From NCBI GenBank assembly GCA_043228905.1, contig JBHGNT010000944.1, positions 1 to 13,520 on the forward strand: DNA of 13,520 nucleotides, in the 5' to 3' direction. The position numbers and the translations under genes were made by a program. The notes beneath the pieces are model-generated. The model made no database searches. It was not told the DNA's origin and saw only the letters and a program-made list of their open reading frames with translations. Positions 8,817-13,520 of the stretch are shown piece by piece (positions within the stretch are counted from its first letter, which is position 1; each line of letters starts with the position of its first letter). Origin of the DNA: Azolla caroliniana (lineage: Eukaryota > Plantae > Polypodiophyta).

Positions 8817-8880
8817 GGCTCCTCTCTATCCCTCTCATGAAAAATGACCTAAATAAGAATCAGTTATAAACCCACATCTT

Positions 8881-9030
8881 CATATATATATATATACATA
8901 TATGTAATAATGTATAAGTACATGTATATGTATATGTGTATGTATGTATATGTATACAGTGTATGTATATACATCTACATCTACATGTATATACATACAT
9001 AAACATACATATAGATATACATATGTAGAT
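8881..9030. repeat. Degenerate (TA)/(TATG)/(CATA) simple repeat upstream of the GT47 start
   Basis: About 150 bp of mostly alternating purine-pyrimidine sequence. Confidence 0.85.
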
Positions 9031-10902
9031 GCAAGTGCAAGCCCTCCATCACTACAAGTTCATTTTTCTTGATAAATGGATCCATCATGCATGCCATTCA
9101 TAAAAACACTAGAGTGGGAACATCATGGTGGTGATTGTAGGCTCTCCCTCACCACACTCTCATCCACACACGCTACAAGAAAAAACATTTGTGCCTCATA
9201 TTCGGCATCCTAGGATGATAGTAACATCTTTTTGACCTCTCTCCAGATGTAGATATGTATAGATCTATATATCAACCTTCTTGCACGATCTTTTCGCCTA
9301 TTTTATATTTTACTCATGCATATACTTTACATGGTTGCTCTCTAGTTCTATTTCCTCATCATACCACTATTTTTTTTTGTCTTTATCATTGGAAATGCCC
9401 TTTAACGTTGACTAAAATGAAGCCATGAAAATCATCTCTTAATCATCGTACCTAATGAGGGGCTATGTAGACTCAAATCATGTAATACTAGGATGTGCAT
9501 TTTTGGAAATGAACAAATGTTAGTCATGGTATTGTTACAATTCATCTATGACAATACATTCAAATAAATAAACTATATTTGATTTAATGCTCTTTGTGAT
9601 GTAGTTTCTCAATCATGGGTTTCCTTGATTAATAATCCTACCATTAACTATAGAGACAAGTTAACATTATATATACCGATATTTAACTTGATCACCTAGC
9701 TAGTAATGGCCTAAGTTACAGAGTCTACTAATCCATCTTAGTGGTGGTAAGATAATATTGAGCTATCTCACACAAACTTTTAATAGCCTTTTTTTTATCT
9801 AAGTAGCTTAATCTAGAAAATATTGATTAACAAGGAGATTTGTATTAACAAAATCAATAACAAACATACCGTTAAAACTCTCTAAAACATCCACTATGCA
9901 AATGAACTGGATTAAAAGAATAATGTTCCCTCTTGCTTCTTTATTTCTTAATAGATTTAGATATTGCTTTACCATGAATTGACTTGAAATTAAAAGAACA
10001 TGGCTACCATCTTCATATATGTTTTATGGTACATTCAGATCGTGCTTTTGTAGAAAACTTTTGTAGCATTAATATACAATATCTTAACCAATATTGAAAC
10101 TTTTATTGTAGCCTCAATTTGTTTGCTACATGTTATGCAAACAATAGATTATAGTTGAGAGTATTGAGACCAAGATACATAGAGACAACTGAGATGCTAA
10201 CATGCAAGCATCCCTGTAGAATGACAAAATGATATATAGTAAAACAGTTTTAAGTAGTAATTTTGGCAAGTCGAAAGTAAAGTTTTACACATTGTTTAGA
10301 CATTATTCATCTGTTAATCCTTTTCACTTCATCATTAGCATACACATTTTGCTACTCCCTGATTGAAGCCCCTGAGACATACGAAACAGATATTGTGTTA
10401 AGAAACACAACTTTGAAACAATCGTAAATTATGCATATAACAATTGACTAAATGAATCATGATACATGTCTTTGACAGAAATACATAATTATTTAATGGA
10501 AAATATTCATGTGTCCATCAAGAACAATTAGTTGTCTCAGGTTTCTGACCTACAATAATTATCTCCAATATCAATGAAATTAAATACGAGCACAAAGTGT
10601 ATTCCATCACTGAGACACATGCAAAATATTCCAAACTGAAAATTGATGATATACGATTCACGAAGCTTTCAGTCATCAATGTGATGTGACTTGCTGTTGA
10701 CACCGAACAGGATACAGTATCATCTTTTTTACTCCAGCATAATGTAGTCTCCTCATTTTAAATGTAGCTTCGCTTAACCTTCTACCAAGTGTAGAATATT
10801 CATGGTTGCAAATGATCATACACACTGATTTACTCAAGAATTGGTATATCAGCAGTGGCTCACTTTCTCATAGTTCAAGAATACAAAACAGTATAATTCT
10901 GA

Positions 10903-11027
10903 TTAAGGAGTAGGACCATTCGGATTATGAGTTTCGATATCAACATATCGAATACCAGGAACTAATCTTTGGATCTCTCTTTCCAGCCTATCAACTTCGC
11001 TGCCAAGAGCTAAAACAACTTCTTCTC
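10903..11027 (-). CDS. MTPC4: MTPC4/MTP7 terminal coding exon
   Basis: Acceptor ...TGTTACAG at 11028; (G)EEVVLALGSEVDRLEREIQRLVPGIRYVDIETHNPNGPTP; TAA at 10903-10905. Confidence 0.92.
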
Positions 11028-11779
11028 CTGTAACATATTAAAAATAGCTGTCATATTCAAGTTCGTTTCCCTTCTAAACTAGAAGCATATTTACACACCC
11101 ACACCATTTATTTACCATAATTTGACATTGCTCGATCCAATGCCAGCCCATCGTTACCATTGACAGCTTGCCGAAACTGCTTAGAGACGATGAAAATAAG
11201 CAGAGCTCAAAAAATGTGCATGATATGAATGAAGAATTCAAGTTACTCGTATTTACCTCAGCAGCCCATGCATCGCGACCCACACTTTTGAGATAATTCT
11301 GTACAATAACTACACCATTGAAATCTGTATGAATTCAAAATGTTAGGGATACATCATATACATGTATACTGATGCTTTCACAATTTTTCAGTTCACTTTG
11401 ATAAATGATCTATATATACACATTAGCTATTCCAGGCTAGCCAGAAGCATCCTCGAGGAACTGCCATCCTGAAATTATAAACAAAGTTGCTGACATACGT
11501 TGTATTGCTGATGCTTACCAATTTCTGCTTTGAATCGGTATGAACGTGGTCCAATAACCTCACTTTTGCAGTCATAAACTGCATCCACTACCTAAAGCAG
11601 TACAAAAAGCGTTATCCAAATCGACACCAGTTTCATGTAGCTGTGCGAAATTGTATTCATTATGATTATGAAAATACCGGATCAGAAGCAAGAAAATCAA
11701 GCACGAGCTTCATGTCTTGATTGTCCATTGCCCTTCCTAACAATGCATGACGATTACGCTGTATGAGAAAGACAGCAAC
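10903..11779 (-). CDS. MTPC4: Metal tolerance protein C4 / MTP7 (CDF family, SLC30A9/ZnT9-like); 3' partial, last five coding exons (142 aa)
   Basis: complement(join(10903..11027,11116..11176,11257..11324,11519..11591,11678..11779)). All introns are GT-AG (88, 80, 194, 86 nt) with consistent phases. Spliced product VAVFLIQRNRHALLGRAMDNQDMKLVLDFLASDPVVDAVYDCKSEVIGPRSYRFKAEIDFNGVVIVQNYLKSVGRDAWAAEFRQAVNGNDGLALDRAMSNYGEEVVLALGSEVDRLEREIQRLVPGIRYVDIETHNPNGPTP* matches the plant MTPC4 C-terminus as I recall it. Earlier exons lie right of the window. Confidence 0.93.
11116..11176 (-). CDS. MTPC4: MTPC4/MTP7 exon (61 nt)
   Basis: CAG acceptor, GTAAAT donor; FRQAVNGNDGLALDRAMSNY(G). Confidence 0.88.
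11257..11324 (-). CDS. MTPC4: MTPC4/MTP7 exon (68 nt)
   Basis: CAG acceptor, GTAAAT donor; (D)FNGVVIVQNYLKSVGRDAWAAE. Confidence 0.9.
11519..11591 (-). CDS. MTPC4: MTPC4/MTP7 exon (73 nt)
   Basis: TTTAG acceptor, GTAAGC donor; VVDAVYDCKSEVIGPRSYRFKAEI(D). Confidence 0.92.
11678..11779 (-). CDS. MTPC4: MTPC4/MTP7 exon (102 nt)
   Basis: TGTCAG acceptor, GTATTT donor; VAVFLIQRNRHALLGRAMDNQDMKLVLDFLASDP. Confidence 0.92.
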
Positions 11780-12019
11780 CTGACACCAAATATACAATTA
11801 GTCCACACGAAAAATGACATTTCCTCTAAAACTAGAGTGATGGTGTTTAACAACAGTCAAGATGGGAAACAAGATCAAAACCGAAATTCTTTTTGGGAGA
11901 TAATAAATGCAGCATACACAATCCTGCACATACCCAGGAGAAACATTCACAGGACATGGTTTTCCTCACTAGAGGCTGCCTGTGTTCGACTTTCTGGTGT
12001 ATATGTAGCCCATGGTGCC

Positions 12020-12455
12020 CATGAGATGGATTTATCATCGGTTCTCTTATATGGATACACATCTCTCATTCACATCAGTTAGAGATGAGACAGGGACACA
12101 TGAACAGATCCACCAATTGTGTGATTGCGGTGTGAAATTAGAGCAGCACTATGTTCTCCATTATACTGTTTTAAAAGAAACAAGGGATAGATATACCACA
12201 CCTCTTCCCACAAGACTTTGGCCCAATTTATAATGTAATGGAATATGAAGACCAACAATGCATAATATTATTCTTGCTAAGAAATCAAAAGACAGTGAGA
12301 AGTTGTTGAACAGCTGCACAGCTACGAAACTACATCAGCAATGAACCCTCACCACCTCCTTTAGCAACATCATCCCTCCCCATGCTACAATCAATTAGGG
12401 GCTACACAAGTAGGGTCTTGACCAAAGCATTTGAAAGGAGTTACATTAGATTGAT
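12020..12455 (+). mobile_element. Decayed 3' end of a second LINE (ORF2 C-terminus and start of the probable 3' UTR), antisense to MTPC4
   Basis: YMDTHLS, SHQLE (12070-12084) then frameshifted ETG, degenerate zinc knuckle QLCDCGVKLEQHYVLHY...ETRDRY, and FGPIYNVMEYEDQQC (12217-12261). Same layout as the region from 6540. Boundaries are approximate, and it probably continues after 12927. Confidence 0.7.
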
Positions 12456-12530
12456 TGTTATCCGTATGAGATGTACGGAGATTGATAAGTGTTATGTGTT
12501 ACCCGTATGAGATGTACGGGGATGGATAAG
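12456..12530 (+). repeat. Tandem duplication of the first 34 bp of the solo LTR
   Basis: 12456-12489 versus 12497-12530, 3 mismatches, period 41. Confidence 0.9.
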
Positions 12531-12922
12531 GGTGAAAGTCTATAGTTTTGTTGTTGTGTATGTGCAAATGTACATGAGAGTGAAAGTGTGAGTATATGCG
12601 TAATTGTATGAACACATGCACATGTGTGTGCATGTGGGTAGATAGGAAAGGGTGTGAGAGAATTGTGTGTGTGAATGGATGGAGGGGTATGCAACCCTAT
12701 GTATCTAACCCTCATTGTACTATTTAACCCCCTTACGGGGTATGCATAATAATAAGAAAAAGCTTCCTCTCTCATTTCTGTCTCTCTCTTCTCTCTCTCT
12801 CCCTCATGTTAACCCCCTTGAGTGGGGGGTGGAGCCATTCTAGGCGCCACTCCCCACCCCATCAACACTCATCAACACCCCATTATCATGTGGCGACAGC
12901 CATTCTCATAACACCATTAACA
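12456..12922 (+). mobile_element. Solo LTR, 467 bp
   Basis: TGTTA...TAACA terminal inverted repeat flanked by TSD TTGAT (12451-12455 and 12923-12927). No PBS or PPT outside. TATTTAA (12721) followed by a CT tract suggests + orientation. Confidence 0.85.
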
Positions 12923-13520
12923 TTGATCAATAGCTATTTGTCACATAGGCCATGTCTAGTGGACCACAGCCTTACTACCCTCATTATCAACAACTCAAGG
13001 CCATATTCACCTGACATTGAAGGGTCTTGAATGATGCATTTGAAAGGGGTTAAATAAAATTGATGATCATGCATGTCGGCCACATCCATCTGAACCAATG
13101 CCTCTTCACCCTCATTATCAACAAATCACAGACATTTTCATCCAGAGACCTCTCCATCTTTGATTGGCCTATGTTGAAGATCTTTGAAGAAGTTTCAGTC
13201 CATCTAAGCTCCCAACATTATGCGTTTGGTTAAAGTAAATACATGGTACCTGATGCAGTCTTATCAATTTATGTTTAATTTGTAGTGTTGTTTTTAATTT
13301 ATGTTTCACAATGAGATCATATTTTTTTATTTCTCATGTAATCTCTCATTTGGCCTTATGCGCCCCTTCTGGCCTCTTAAGAAACATTGATATTTCTTTC
13401 TTTCTAGCTTTACTCACAAACAGCAAACAATTCCACAATTGTAATCCATTCAGCTTTACACACTACAATTCAAAAGCTACATTACCAACATGTAAACCTT
13501 TGTGTATCTCTTTCAAACAT

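Larger units (their letters stand above)
12412..13128 (+). repeat. Diverged ~131-137-bp tandem repeat (two units); first unit interrupted by the solo LTR
   Basis: AGGGTCTTGA-N5-GCATTTGAAAGG at 12412 and 13021; CCCTCATTATCAACAA at 12978 and 13109. Confidence 0.7.
11780..13520 (-). other. Long MTPC4 intron (at least 1.74 kb, continues past the window) containing TE remnants
   Basis: Ends at the acceptor at 11780. I found no upstream transmembrane-domain exon in the remaining sequence. Confidence 0.75.

Noticed and set aside
7142-8840. Many short ORFs overlapping the GT47 gene, including Gly-, Pro-, His- and Leu-run peptides
   Set aside because: These are alternative-frame or antisense readings of the CDS and its trinucleotide repeats; no independent motifs.
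9030-10500. AT-rich intergenic stretch scanned for MITEs, RNA genes and extra exons
   Set aside because: I could not support any terminal repeats, TSDs, tRNA-like folds or coding motifs by eye.
10518-10703. 61-aa minus-strand ORF downstream of the MTPC4 stop
   Set aside because: Non-ATG start and no recognisable motif; probably 3' UTR or intergenic.
11370-11468. Cryptic 99-nt stop-containing exon in the 194-nt MTPC4 intron (acceptor-like TTTATAATTTCAG, donor-like GTATAC)
   Set aside because: The flanking introns would be only 50 and 45 nt, below typical plant intron size; no transcript evidence.
6981-11779. Functional pairing of a His-rich glycosyltransferase with a metal transporter as a gene cluster
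   Set aside because: Adjacency of two plant genes 2.1 kb apart is not evidence of a shared pathway, and His runs in low-complexity stems are common.
11747-13030. ORFs 11747-12082, 11847-12062, 12458-12775 and 12806-13030
   Set aside because: They lie in intron, LINE remnant or solo-LTR sequence and show no protein-family signal.

Overview
Land-plant nuclear DNA; the taxon cannot be fixed from the sequence. Positions 1-6.8 kb are a nested retrotransposon graveyard. A decayed LINE ORF2 (+; endonuclease, RT, C-terminal Cys/His region, ~1131-6810) is split by a 2,671-bp Ty1/copia element (2490-5160). That element has 279-bp LTRs, a CAACT target-site duplication (TSD), a Met-type primer-binding site (PBS) and a polypurine tract (PPT), but keeps only RT/RNase H. 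Left of the LINE lie the 3' remnant of another LTR element (658-1130) and the 5' LTR plus PBS of a minus-strand LTR element (1-657). Two host genes lie on the minus strand. One is a 611-aa GT47/exostosin glycosyltransferase closest to xyloglucan galacturonosyltransferase XUT1 (6981-8816). The other is the last five coding exons of metal tolerance protein C4/MTP7 (10903-11779), which the ORF track misses. The upstream intron of MTPC4 holds a second LINE 3' remnant interrupted by a 467-bp solo LTR (12456-12922, TSD TTGAT). I found no convincing new multi-gene system. The best leads are the gag/PR/IN-less copia, altered conserved motifs and a possible 84-nt exitron in the GT47 gene, and hairpin arrays in two LTRs. 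All family assignments come from motif recognition, not database searches.
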